DNA of 64,000 nucleotides from contig JBIJBE010000003.1 in assembly GCA_044345405.1 (NCBI GenBank), forward strand, positions 64,001-128,000, read 5' to 3'. Every line of letters begins with the position of its first letter. The first letter of the stretch is position 1. The stretch is from Bdellovibrionota bacterium (GTDB lineage: Bacteria > Bdellovibrionota_C > UBA2361 > OMII01). The translations under genes were made by a program, and so were the position numbers. The notes below the pieces were generated by a model. The model saw nothing but the letters and a program-made list of their open reading frames with translations. It was not told where the DNA came from and did no database searches. Below, piece by piece: positions 19,719 to 29,600 of the stretch.

Positions 19719-21104
19719 CTAGTTAGCTTTCAGGCAGTTCACCAGCCCCTCACACACCTTCTTCGCGTCACCGAAGATGAGCGAACAGTTATCGAGGTAG
19801 AAGAGGTCGTTCTCCACACCTGAGTATCCAGGGTTCATCGAACGCTTGATGACGTACACCATCTTAGATTTGTACGCCTCAAGGATAGGCATGCCGTAGA
19901 GCGGGCTTGATTTGTTCGTGCGCGCCGCTGGATTTACCACGTCGTTAGCGCCGATAACGAGAACGGCGTCGGCGCGAGCGAAGTCTGGGTTGATCTCCTC
20001 AAGCTCAAGCACTGAGTCGTAGGGGATCTCTGATTCAGCGAGGAGTACGTTCATGTGCCCCGGCATGCGACCGGCAACGGGATGGATAGCGAACTTGACC
20101 TCCACTCCTCGGGAGTGAAGCTGTTCAAAAAGCTCTTTGACCGCGTGCTGCGCTTGTGCGACCGCCATTCCGTATCCAGGAACAACGATAACACTTGAGG
20201 CGTTCTCAAACATGAATGCCGCATCCTCAGTGCTCGCCGAGCGGCACGCTTTTGTCTGCGCGTCAGCGGCCGCAGCCTCTGCGGTTGTTCCAAACCCTCC
20301 AAGGATCACGTTCATCAGTGAGCGGTTCATCGCCTTGCACATGATGTAGGAGAGTATCGCTCCACTTGAACCCACAAGCGCGCCCGTCGCGATGAGAAGT
20401 TGATTGTTGAGTGTGAATCCCGTCGCCGAAGCTGCCCAACCCGAGTAGGAGTTCAGCATCGATACAACGACCGGCATATCGGAGCCGCCGATTGGAAGAA
20501 CGAGAAGGAACCCAAGAAGAAGGGCGATCGCCGTTGCCGCGACGAAGAGGGTGATATTGTGATCGTACGCGAAGAGCGCCGAGAGTACCACGATAGCTCC
20601 GATAAGGAGCGCGTTGAGCGCGTGTTGTCCCCTAAAAATAAGTGGCGCTGAGCCAAGTATCGCTTGCAGTTTTCCAAAGGCGATCAGAGAACCGGTAAAG
20701 GTAACAGCGCCGATTGCGCTTCCTACCACGAGCTCAGTAAGAAGGACCGCGTTGATGTGCCCCTCTTGAACGTGCATGAGGTAGGTGCCCGAGGCGACTA
20801 ATACAGCGGCGAGGCCGACGAAGCTGTGGAGCGCCGCGACGAGCTGTGGCATCGCGGTCATCTTGATGCGCGTCGCTAACGGCACGCCGATTACCGCGCC
20901 CGCCGCGAGACCTCCAAAGATGATGCCGTAGTTCGAAACGCTCGGATGAAAGAGGGTAACGACGATGGCGAACCCCATGCCGAGCATCGATAGGCGGTTT
21001 CCTCGAAGGGCTGTCTTCGGGTGGCTCAATCCCTTGAGGCCGAAGATAAACATGATCGAGGCGACAAGGTACGCGAAGGCGAAGAAATCGGGACTTAGAT
21101 TCAT
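19719..21104 (-). CDS. pntB: NAD(P) transhydrogenase beta subunit
   Basis: MTAMPQLVAALHS, NSYSGWA, HPVAGRMPGHMNVLLAE, GANDVVNP. Confidence 0.97.
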   Translation of the reverse strand: MNLSPDFFAFAYLVASIMFIFGLKGLSHPKTALRGNRLSMLGMGFAIVVTLFHPSVSNYGIIFGGLAAGAVIGVPLATRIKMTAMPQLVAALHSFVGLAAVLVASGTYLMHVQEGHINAVLLTELVVGSAIGAVTFTGSLIAFGKLQAILGSAPLIFRGQHALNALLIGAIVVLSALFAYDHNITLFVAATAIALLLGFLLVLPIGGSDMPVVVSMLNSYSGWAASATGFTLNNQLLIATGALVGSSGAILSYIMCKAMNRSLMNVILGGFGTTAEAAAADAQTKACRSASTEDAAFMFENASSVIVVPGYGMAVAQAQHAVKELFEQLHSRGVEVKFAIHPVAGRMPGHMNVLLAESEIPYDSVLELEEINPDFARADAVLVIGANDVVNPAARTNKSSPLYGMPILEAYKSKMVYVIKRSMNPGYSGVENDLFYLDNCSLIFGDAKKVCEGLVNCLKAN

Positions 21105-21118
21105 GGTCGAGCTCTCTA

Positions 21119-21406
21119 CTATTTCTTTTTGAACATCGCTAAAATGCGATTAGTCACAACGAAACCACCGAAGATGTTTATCGCCGCCAACGTGACAGCG
21201 AGGAATCCTACAACCTGAATCCATACTGATTGGCTCGCCTGAGGTGAGCCCGCCACGAGCATCGCGCCTATCACAAGGATAGCGCTGATCGCGTTCGTTA
21301 CCGCCATGAGCGGGGTATGAAGAGCCGGCGTAACTCCCCAGATAACGTGGTATCCCACCAAGCAGGCGAGGGTGAAGACGTATATCGCGGTCATTGTTGG
21401 TGACAT
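21119..21406 (-). CDS. pntAB: NAD(P) transhydrogenase alpha-2 (membrane) subunit
   Basis: [33 protein letters not shown]. Confidence 0.95.
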   Translation of the reverse strand: MSPTMTAIYVFTLACLVGYHVIWGVTPALHTPLMAVTNAISAILVIGAMLVAGSPQASQSVWIQVVGFLAVTLAAINIFGGFVVTNRILAMFKKK

Positions 21407-21413
21407 GGCGCTC

Positions 21414-22547
21414 CTATTTTCCTTTCATGCGTAAGATACCTTGGTGAACGAGAAGCGACGCCTCGATGATGTCGTCCTCAAGATTCACGATGAATGTCGA
21501 TTCCCCACTGTCGCGTTGTTTCACAAAGAGATCGAAGAGGGAGACAAGATTGCGAGCGAAGAAGCTACTCGAATCGGTGGCCATCATCGCGGGATAGTTC
21601 GTGTGGCCGACGATCTTCACCCCGTTATAGTTCACGATCTCGTCAGGCTTGCTCAGCGCGCAGTTTCCTCCGCTTGGTGTCGCCATGTCGACGACAACGG
21701 AGCCGCATCTCATGTTGGCGACGACCGATTCAGAGATGAGCAGGGGAGCTTTGCGACCCGGCACGTTCGCTGTTGAGATGATGATATCGCTCTTTGAGAG
21801 CTTCTCATCGAGGGCGTCTTGAATTCGCTTCTTTGAATCCTCAGAGAGCTCCTTCGCGTAGCCTCCTGTTCCGCTCCCTGATTCGTCGAGCTGGATTTCG
21901 ATCGGCTTGGCGCCAAGTGATAAGATCTGCTCGCGCGTCTCCGGGCGAACGTCGTACGCCTCCACCGTAGCCCCGAGCTTGCGCGCTGTCGCGATCGCTT
22001 GAAGCCCCGCTACACCGGCGCCGAGAACGGTAACCTTGGTCGCTTTCGCGGAGCCGGCGGAGGTCATCATCATTGGGAAAAATCTGCCGTAATGTTGGGC
22101 CGCCTCAAGGACGGCGCGATAGCCGGCAATCCCAGCTTGTGATGAGAGGACGTCCATCGCTTGAGCTCGCGATGTTCGGGGGATCGCCTCAAGCGCGAGC
22201 GCGTCCACCTTATCCTTAGCGAAACGCTCGAGGAGGTGCCCGTTACGATACGGCTCAAGAAGCGAGACGATCATCGCGCCCGATTGAATGGTAGCGCTTT
22301 CCTGTTCAGTGGGAGGAGCGACCTTGGTGACGAGGTGTGTTGCCCACACTTCTCGCGGAGAGACGATTTTTGCGCCCGCGGCGTCGTAGTCCTCGTCTCG
22401 AAATCCGGCGGAGAGACCGGCGCCCTCCTCAATGTGAATATCGAATCCGTACTTGGCGAGCCTCTTCACGGAGTCCGGGGTCGCCGCGACGCGGGTTTCT
22501 CCCTTGCTTGTTTCCTTCGGTACGCCGATCGAGATGCGTTTATCCAT
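21414..22547 (-). CDS. pntAA: NAD(P) transhydrogenase alpha-1 subunit
   Basis: [32 protein letters not shown]; start MDKRISIG at 22547. Confidence 0.95.
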   Translation of the reverse strand: MDKRISIGVPKETSKGETRVAATPDSVKRLAKYGFDIHIEEGAGLSAGFRDEDYDAAGAKIVSPREVWATHLVTKVAPPTEQESATIQSGAMIVSLLEPYRNGHLLERFAKDKVDALALEAIPRTSRAQAMDVLSSQAGIAGYRAVLEAAQHYGRFFPMMMTSAGSAKATKVTVLGAGVAGLQAIATARKLGATVEAYDVRPETREQILSLGAKPIEIQLDESGSGTGGYAKELSEDSKKRIQDALDEKLSKSDIIISTANVPGRKAPLLISESVVANMRCGSVVVDMATPSGGNCALSKPDEIVNYNGVKIVGHTNYPAMMATDSSSFFARNLVSLFDLFVKQRDSGESTFIVNLEDDIIEASLLVHQGILRMKGK

Positions 22548-22740
22548 ACTAGTGCCCACCGTTAACGGTATGAGTAGCCAAGCCGGGGAGCTTCCGCCCT
22601 TAAGCAGGAGATCCTCGTATTGAGCAAGGTCGGTCAGGTCTTGAGGGAACTTGAGTGCTAGTAGTTCGTAGGGGGTGTTAGGGGGGGCGAAAAAGCGGGG
22701 GGTGGGGTAACTGCTTGAAAGTAGGATGGGCAAGCCAATC

Positions 22741-22861
22741 GGAGGGCGACCAGTTTGTCCCCCGAAGCCTTGGCGAAGGGGGATCCTGGTCGCCGAAATG
22801 TCTCGTATCGCAAAAGGGCATCGCCTCACGCAACACGGCGGTCAGGAATGACCGCCCTCCC
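22741..22861. repeat. REPIN-like element (family A, reverse orientation) with nested family-B hairpin
   Basis: GGAGGGCGACCA[..CCCCCGAAGCCTTGGCGAAGGGGG..]TCCTGGTCGCCG ... GACCGCCCTCCC. Confidence 0.75.
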
Positions 22862-22895
22862 GGGTCTCAGGTTATGCGACGGATGTATTTCGTAC

Positions 22896-24329
22896 CTACT
22901 GCCGCTTAATCCAAACCTCTTTATCCCGCATCAGGGTCGAGAGGGAGACGCCCTCCTCAACCTGGATAGTTATCTCCACCGTGTCCCCCTCTACCTTGGG
23001 GGTAGCCGCCAAGATCCCTTTGAATTCGGCGGGTGGGTATTGAGGGAGGGCGAGACCGAGGTTGGCGAGGCCGCACTTTGGAATGACAATCTTATAGGTG
23101 GTTGGATCGACCTTGCTCATCCGCGCTTGGGCGCCCCCCTGGCTCAACGCGACGCGGAACGCCTCTTTATGGTCAGGCTCAAGGAACGAGAAGTCCGCTC
23201 GCTGCACCGTGAAGTCTGTCACAGGAGCCGCCGGTATGGGATTTGCGCGAAGCCCTGAAATGGAATCAGGTTTTGCGGCTGGTTGGTTAGTCGTTCCTGT
23301 CGGAAGATCTTTGGTGACGATTCCGGGGGCTTTGGTCGCTGGAGCCGCGGGTTGACCCTTGGGAAGTTTCTCCTCAGTGAGGTCTCCCTCGTTGATATCG
23401 TCAACGGGTACGTCAACGAGATCCTCTCCCTCTAGCTCGGCGGGGTCTGGAAGCTCTTCACCGCGCTCTAACGCTTGCGACGCTTTCGCGACCTCTTTAT
23501 CAAGGGCCTCTTCAAGCTCCTTGTCGGTCATATCGGGAAGTTTCGGTGCTGTGGTTGTGATGCGTGGTTCTACGGATGGCTGTGTAACCGGAGCCTTCGT
23601 AAGAGCGATCGTGGGCGCGATCGTTGGCGCCTTTGTTGGAACGATTGTTGGCGTCTGCGTCGGGGTCACCGTTGCGGTCGGAGCTGGAGGTTTCGTGGGC
23701 TGAGCAGGAGCGGTTGTTGGCGCCGTTGTTGGTGCCGTCGTCGCTTTGACGGCTGTTGGAGCCGCTTGAGCTTTCGTCGGTTCTAGTTGCGGAGCTGCTG
23801 GAGGAGTTGGTATCGCGGTAGCAACCGGCGCGGCTGGAGCGATAGGAGCGGCGGCGGGTGCGGCTCCTGACTCAACGATCCGAAGGGTGGCATGTCGAGG
23901 CCCTCCGCGCCACTCATAGTGAGGCACGGTTGGAGTTAAGAGGTCCATCACAATTCTCAGCTTGTCGGCGTGCGCTCCGAGGCGGATCATTTTAATGACC
24001 GCATTTTTTGGAGGCACTAAATTCTCGCTGGTCTTGATCGATACTCCGTGAAAATCGATCACGATACGGGCGGGGTTCTCAAGGGTGAAGGATTCTACCT
24101 TCGCGTCTTGGGGAACCATGATCTTTAGGAGCAGGAGCGTTGCTTCGGGGGTCCGTTCGCGATCGATGATTACGTTGACCTTTTGTTTCGAGGAAAGGGT
24201 TGACGCACCAGTGGTGTCTTGGCCCGCCTGAGCATGAGCCGTTTCGACCGGACATTGTCCAGAAACGAGGAGTGAAGCCGTTACAGTGAGGAGGTGACCG
24301 AGGGGGAACGAGTGACGAGAGCGATTCAT
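22896..24329 (-). CDS. Secreted AMIN-domain protein with Pro/Thr/Ala-rich linker
   Basis: Signal-like N-terminus; FTLENPARIVIDF and IRLGAHADKLRIVMDL (AMIN); long PT(A/I)AP repeats. Confidence 0.8.
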   Translation of the reverse strand: MNRSRHSFPLGHLLTVTASLLVSGQCPVETAHAQAGQDTTGASTLSSKQKVNVIIDRERTPEATLLLLKIMVPQDAKVESFTLENPARIVIDFHGVSIKTSENLVPPKNAVIKMIRLGAHADKLRIVMDLLTPTVPHYEWRGGPRHATLRIVESGAAPAAAPIAPAAPVATAIPTPPAAPQLEPTKAQAAPTAVKATTAPTTAPTTAPAQPTKPPAPTATVTPTQTPTIVPTKAPTIAPTIALTKAPVTQPSVEPRITTTAPKLPDMTDKELEEALDKEVAKASQALERGEELPDPAELEGEDLVDVPVDDINEGDLTEEKLPKGQPAAPATKAPGIVTKDLPTGTTNQPAAKPDSISGLRANPIPAAPVTDFTVQRADFSFLEPDHKEAFRVALSQGGAQARMSKVDPTTYKIVIPKCGLANLGLALPQYPPAEFKGILAATPKVEGDTVEITIQVEEGVSLSTLMRDKEVWIKRQ

Positions 24330-24513
24330 AGGGTCGTTGATTGAATGAGCTAAGGGGAACGTACACGCGCCATCCGCGCTCAATCGTGACCGTCAGTGGG
24401 ACGGGACGTCGAGGCGGGAGCGAGCGTCGTTCACACTCGATAATACACGCTATCCCTAATCATCACTCGCAACCGCTCGAGTCGCAAGTTACCAATCGTA
24501 TAAGGACGGGGGG

Positions 24514-25284
24514 TTACGCCCCAAGAGCCGCTTGAATCTCTTCCTTAATCGCGTTTTGCTTCGCTCTCGAGGCCTGCTCGGCGAGGGCTTGGCGTCTCTC
24601 CATCGCGCTCAGGAGCTTGCGTTGGCAGGCCGAGAGTTGAGATGTGTGTTTGCTGGTGAGCACCCAGCGGCGTTCCGCTCCTGTTTCATCTCGAACAGCT
24701 AGCATGAGCCGCCGTTGGTCGCCGAAGTCCTCCTCCATCTCCTCGGTACTTACCGAGACGTGCTCAGAGAAGCGGTGGGCGAACTCTCTTTGTGAGCCGA
24801 AGGGGGTCTCGGAGAACATCACCAGCGAGTCTGGAAAGAGGGTGATCCACACCGGAACGGGGCCGCGAGGCTCCTCTTCCTTTTGGGCGCCGAGGTCGGA
24901 CTCCGGTTGTTGGTCATCGGAGAACTGGCGTTCAAGAAGCCCTTTAAACTGAGCCTGGGGAACCAAGTACTGTCCTTTCGCTTGCTGCGCGTAATGGCAG
25001 GCCGCTGCCCGAGCGGCGGTGTACTCGACGATAAGCTTCGGTTTGAGTGAGTGCCACGCCTTTGAAGTCGCGACCTGGAAGGCGAAGGGGATGATCAGGA
25101 AGGTTCCCCAAAAATACCACTGCTCACGCATCCCCACCGCCATCGCCCATCCAAACATCAGGACCACCAGGATAGTGGAAATGGCGGTTGATTGGGCCCG
25201 GGAGACTACCTCCGCGCGCTCCTCTGGGGGTATCTTTTGCCAGATGTCCTGCAGCAGCGCTTCGTTTACTGAATTTGTTTCCAT
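24514..25284 (-). CDS. Hypothetical 2-TM membrane protein
   Basis: Two hydrophobic segments near the N-terminus, soluble C-terminal domain. Confidence 0.75.
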   Translation of the reverse strand: METNSVNEALLQDIWQKIPPEERAEVVSRAQSTAISTILVVLMFGWAMAVGMREQWYFWGTFLIIPFAFQVATSKAWHSLKPKLIVEYTAARAAACHYAQQAKGQYLVPQAQFKGLLERQFSDDQQPESDLGAQKEEEPRGPVPVWITLFPDSLVMFSETPFGSQREFAHRFSEHVSVSTEEMEEDFGDQRRLMLAVRDETGAERRWVLTSKHTSQLSACQRKLLSAMERRQALAEQASRAKQNAIKEEIQAALGA

Positions 25285-25452
25285 CGACCCAAAGGAAATT
25301 ATTACCCGTCGTTCTTTCGCACAGCCGCTAACCCGTTGATTCGCCAAAGCTTATCGGGCCTCGCCGTTCGGGTGTCTCATGGGTAGCACAAGTCGTACCG
25401 CCCGAAGGGGGAAAGAGCGCAACTTTTCGGCCAGTTCCCCGAAAAGCTCCTC

Positions 25453-26994
25453 ATGTTTGCTACCGTTCATTCCAGTTGTGTGGTCGGCCTCGATGCGCTC
25501 CCGGTGCAGGTCGAATTGTCCGTTCGTGGTGGGCAAAAGCGGTTCACCGTTTTGGGCCTTGGAGGGACCGCCGTTCGTGAGTCTCGGGATCGGATCGTGT
25601 CGGCGTTGGAGCATAGCGGCTTTGACGCCAGCCAGGAGATCCTCGTGAACTTAGCGCCCGCGGAGGTCAAGAAGGAGAGCGCCGCGTTCGACCTGCCGAT
25701 AGCGGTGGCGCTCGCGTGCGCCCTTGGCGGGGTGCCACAGCAGGCGATTAACGATCTGGCGTTCTGTGGGGAGCTCTCGCTTACGGGTGAGGTCAAAGAG
25801 ACGCCCGGAATTACGGCGCACGCCGTGGCGGCGGCGCAACAGAAACGGAAGATCATCGTTGTGCCGGAAGCTAATGGAGCTGAGGCCGCGGTTGTTCGCG
25901 GGGTTCGGGTGCTCGGAGTTCGAACGCTCTCGCAGGTCATTCGGGTGCTCAATGGACGAGAGGAGCCACGGTTTCACACAAGCGCGCCGCGTGAGCGGAG
26001 CTACCAGCCGAAGAGCTTCGACGATGTCGTCGGGCAACACGCCGCTAAGCGAGCGCTCACGATCGCGGCCGCGGGAGCTCATAATATTTTGATGATAGGC
26101 CCGCCTGGATGTGGCAAAAGTATGCTCGCGGAGCGTCTCGCATCGCTCCTGCCACCACTCTCATCCGCTGAAATGTTGGAGGTGCTGCGCATTCACAGTA
26201 TTGCCGGGCAGCCGACAGAACCGATCCTATCGGGCGTTCGCCCCTTCCGAACGCCGCACTACGTTATTAGCGATGTTGGACTTATCGGTGGAGGACTTGG
26301 TCCCCGACCTGGAGAGATAAGCCTCGCGCACCGTGGGGTGCTCTTCCTCGACGAGTTTCCGGAGTTTCGACGAACCACGGTGGAATCCCTCCGGTCGCCC
26401 CTTGAGGTGGGGTGGGTGCAGGTCGCTCGCGCTCGCGCCTCCGTTCACTTTCCATCCCGTTTTCAATTAATCGCGGCGATGAATCCGTGTCCGTGTGGTC
26501 GTTTCGGTTCGAAGGGGGGCGGGTGTCGATGTCCTCACCACGCGATCCGCGACTACATCGCGAAGTTATCCCAACCGATCCTCGACCGTATCGATATGCA
26601 CGTGGAACTTGAGTCCGTTGAGGTTGAGGACCTCGTCACACCGCCGGAGGTCAAGACAAACCACCATGAGTCGCTCGCTGAAGCCGTAAGCTTGGCGCGG
26701 GAGCGGCAGATCGCGCGGTACGGAACCCTCAATAACGAGGTATCTGATGGAGTAATTCGTGAGAGCTCGTCGATTACTCCGGGTGCTCGAGATCTTCTCA
26801 CCCAGGCGATTAAACGGCTCGGCATGAGCGCGCGCGGATACGTTCGTGTGCTGCGAGTGGCGCGCACGATCGCCGATCTCGCGCAGAGCGATCAGATCGA
26901 CGAAGAGACGATCGCGGAGGCGATCTCGTATCGGTCTCTGGATCGGTTGTCGAATGTGGTGCATGGGGCGCAGCCGTTTCGGCGGGCGGGATAG
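25453..26994 (+). CDS. comM: ComM/YifB Mg-chelatase-like AAA+ helicase
   Basis: VRESRDRI, VNLAPA..KKE..FDLPIA, GPPGCGKS, LAHRGVLFLDEFPEF, AAMNPCPCG, SARG..RVLRVARTIADL. Confidence 0.95.
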   Translation: MFATVHSSCVVGLDALPVQVELSVRGGQKRFTVLGLGGTAVRESRDRIVSALEHSGFDASQEILVNLAPAEVKKESAAFDLPIAVALACALGGVPQQAINDLAFCGELSLTGEVKETPGITAHAVAAAQQKRKIIVVPEANGAEAAVVRGVRVLGVRTLSQVIRVLNGREEPRFHTSAPRERSYQPKSFDDVVGQHAAKRALTIAAAGAHNILMIGPPGCGKSMLAERLASLLPPLSSAEMLEVLRIHSIAGQPTEPILSGVRPFRTPHYVISDVGLIGGGLGPRPGEISLAHRGVLFLDEFPEFRRTTVESLRSPLEVGWVQVARARASVHFPSRFQLIAAMNPCPCGRFGSKGGGCRCPHHAIRDYIAKLSQPILDRIDMHVELESVEVEDLVTPPEVKTNHHESLAEAVSLARERQIARYGTLNNEVSDGVIRESSSITPGARDLLTQAIKRLGMSARGYVRVLRVARTIADLAQSDQIDEETIAEAISYRSLDRLSNVVHGAQPFRRAG

Positions 26995-27018
26995 GGTGGT
27001 GTGCGAGCCGGCGGTGAC

Positions 27019-27139
27019 GGGAGGGCGACCGTCCCCGGTCGCCGTGTGTTTTAATTAGGCGAACGGTTTCCGATCATGTAACGTTTCGGCGACCGACACG
27101 TTCCCCGAAGATTTCGCGTAGGGGGGCGGTCGCCCTCCC
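27019..27139. repeat. REPIN-like element (family A) between convergent genes, with degenerate nested insert
   Basis: GGGAGGGCGACCGTCCCCGGTCGCCGTGTG ... TTTCGGCGACC ... GGTCGCCCTCCC. Confidence 0.85.
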
Positions 27140-27157
27140 TGGCACCAGGTTCAACAT

Positions 27158-27550
27158 TCACTCCTCCCCCCTCAACAAAATCTCCCGCCTCTTGATCCCC
27201 TCCGCGCCGGCCTCCTCCACAACCATTCCACGCATCGTTATCTCCACAACGCGAGCGCCTTCATTACCGATCACGGTACCTCTCTCAACTTTGTATCCGA
27301 TCCCCTCAGGATTCTCGACGCTCGCGAATCGTTCTCCTTGGGTGTTAGTGATTATCGCGGTGAGGGTGAGCGCCGTTATCGGATACCTTTGAAGGGGTGG
27401 GATGGCGGTTAACGGGCGAGGCATCGGGGTTGTCTCCACGGGCTGGAAGAGGTTGCGTCGGGTTCGCGGGACCTCCCCATGACCGTGCGGGCAACTGAGG
27501 AGTGTAAAGATGGATGTCACGATAGGTACGAATCTGTTCATGCGAACCAT
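27158..27550 (-). CDS. pilP: Type IV pilus assembly protein PilP-like
   Basis: RNLFQP, LQRYPITALTLTAII, ASVENPEGIGYKV..G..IG. Confidence 0.75.
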   Translation of the reverse strand: MVRMNRFVPIVTSIFTLLSCPHGHGEVPRTRRNLFQPVETTPMPRPLTAIPPLQRYPITALTLTAIITNTQGERFASVENPEGIGYKVERGTVIGNEGARVVEITMRGMVVEEAGAEGIKRREILLRGEE

Positions 27551-27725
27551 AGCGTAGGGATGGATCCAGTGGGTCTGAGACGGCGGAGGGATATCGAACG
27601 ATCGGGGGAAAATGTGCGTATCACCGCTGAGAGCGGGTCGAAATCAGGTATTGATGCCAGAGAGGATTGGGAGGAAGAAATTTTTTTGATTGGGAAGGTA
27701 GTTACTTGAAAATGGACGAAAAAAA

Positions 27726-27800
27726 TCGGGGTGAGAGGATTTGAACCTCCGACCCCTAGTTCCCAAAACTAGTGCTCTAGCCGGGCTGAGCTACACCCCG
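27726..27800 (-). tRNA. tRNA-Pro(TGG), CCA not encoded
   Basis: Cloverleaf CGGGGTG/CACCCCG; anticodon arm CTAGT-TTTGGGA-ACTAG; GTTCAAATC. Confidence 0.95.
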
Positions 27801-28102
27801 ATACGTCCGTAACGTGCTGGGGAGGTTAGCCTCTCTGGCGGATAGAATCAAGCGGGAGAGGGAGCCTTTTCGTGCTTGGGGAGAGGCAAGCCCCTCAGGG
27901 GAACCCTAATTCCGTGAACGTGCTTGTGTAGTTGGACGTTTCCAAGGGAGGAAACTAGCCGATAGGGGATCTTTTGGGACGGGTACCTTCACGTTCACGT
28001 TTACGTGCACGAGGACGTTGCGGGTGCCTGAGGTAGCGCGGCTCAGGAGTGGGTGGCACCCTCTAGGCAAAGTCTGATATACCGAAACAACTTGGAGGAC
28101 TT

Positions 28103-29500
28103 ATGCCCAACTACGTTTCAATTCGCGATATTTCGAACGATAAGGTGCCCGTAGGAACGCTCCAGCTCGCCGGCTGGATTAGGACTCACCGTCAATCGAA
28201 GCGGGTGTCCTTCATCGAGTTGTCAGATGGAACCTCCGTTACGAACCTCCAACTCGTGGTTGACCCTCAGTTGCCGGGCTATGCCGAGATCGCTCCAAAG
28301 CTCTCGACCGGCGCCTCCATCAAGGTCTCGGGTGAGCTCGTGATCTCACCTGCCAAGGGGCAGAAGTATGAGTTTCAGGTGAAGGAGCTTGAACTTCTCG
28401 GTGAGGCAGACCCTGAGAGCTATCCGCTCCAGAAGAAGGGGCACACCCTTGAGTTCCTTCGTGAGCAGCTTCATCTCCGTCCTCGAACCGCCACGATGGG
28501 CGCGGTGTTGCGCGTTCGATCCGCGGCAGCGTTCGCTGTTCACAAGTTCTTCACCGAGCGTGGATTCTTTTACATCCACACTCCGATCATCAGCACATCT
28601 GATTGCGAGGGAGCTGGTGAGATGTTCCACGTTTCGACCTTCGATCCGGAGAACCCTCCGCGCGTGAACGGCAAGGTTGACTTCTCTCAGGATTTCTTCA
28701 AGGAGCCAGCGAGCCTTACCGTTTCAGGACAGCTGGAAGGGGAGATCTGCGCGATGGGCCTCTCGAAGATCTACACCTTCGGCCCAACCTTTAGAGCTGA
28801 GAATTCAAATACCACGCGCCACCTCGCGGAGTTCTGGATGATCGAGCCGGAGATGGCCTTCTTCGAGTTGCAGGACAATATGCTCCTTGCGCAAGAGTTC
28901 GTTCAGGATGTTTTGAAGCAGGTGTTGCACTCATCCGCCTCTGAGCTTGAGTTCCTTGCCTCGCAGGAGTGGGCTCAGGAGGGGCACCTTGAAAACCTTC
29001 GTCGAGTCGCGGAGACACCGTTCACGACGATGGATTACACGGACGCCGTCCGTATCCTTGAGCAGAGTGGAAAGAGCTTTGAATATCCGGTGACATGGGG
29101 AATCGACCTCCAGTCTGAGCATGAGCGATTTTTAACTGATGAATACGTAAAGGGGCCGGTTACCGTTGTGAACTACCCGAAGGACATCAAGGCGTTCTAC
29201 ATGCGCCTCAATGAGGACGGTAAGACCGTTCGCGCGATGGATGTGCTTGTGCCGCGTTTGGGTGAGATCGTTGGAGGCTCTCAACGTGAGGAGCGCCACG
29301 ATGTTCTTCTTGAGAAGATCCGCGCGATGGGACTGGATGAGCGATCGTACTGGTGGTACCTCGAACTTCGCAAGTTCGGAACCGTTCCGCACTCCGGCTT
29401 CGGGCTCGGTTTTGAGCGGTTGCTTATGTACCTCACCGGTATGACGAATATCCGAGATGTTATTGGATTCCCTCGATTCCCTGGGTTCGCCAAGTTCTAG
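28103..29500 (+). CDS. asnS: Asparagine-tRNA ligase
   Basis: SDCEGAGEMF, LTVSGQLE, FRAENSNTTRHLAEFWMIEPE, GLGFER. Confidence 0.98.
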   Translation: MPNYVSIRDISNDKVPVGTLQLAGWIRTHRQSKRVSFIELSDGTSVTNLQLVVDPQLPGYAEIAPKLSTGASIKVSGELVISPAKGQKYEFQVKELELLGEADPESYPLQKKGHTLEFLREQLHLRPRTATMGAVLRVRSAAAFAVHKFFTERGFFYIHTPIISTSDCEGAGEMFHVSTFDPENPPRVNGKVDFSQDFFKEPASLTVSGQLEGEICAMGLSKIYTFGPTFRAENSNTTRHLAEFWMIEPEMAFFELQDNMLLAQEFVQDVLKQVLHSSASELEFLASQEWAQEGHLENLRRVAETPFTTMDYTDAVRILEQSGKSFEYPVTWGIDLQSEHERFLTDEYVKGPVTVVNYPKDIKAFYMRLNEDGKTVRAMDVLVPRLGEIVGGSQREERHDVLLEKIRAMGLDERSYWWYLELRKFGTVPHSGFGLGFERLLMYLTGMTNIRDVIGFPRFPGFAKF

Positions 29501-29600
29501 CGTCTGGTATTATCACCTATGCGCTTTCGTGTGAGGCGGGGTATACTAGTGGGGAGAGGTGACACAGCGACAGGGCGTGTCCCCACGGTAGTTATTCCTC

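Noticed and set aside
22548-22829. Long N-terminal extension of PntA
   Set aside because: It reads through a REP-like element; homology begins at MDKRISIG.
27138-27148. CCTGGCACCAG match to the RAYT end motif
   Set aside because: Only ~11 bp and partly overlapping the REPIN end; may be chance.
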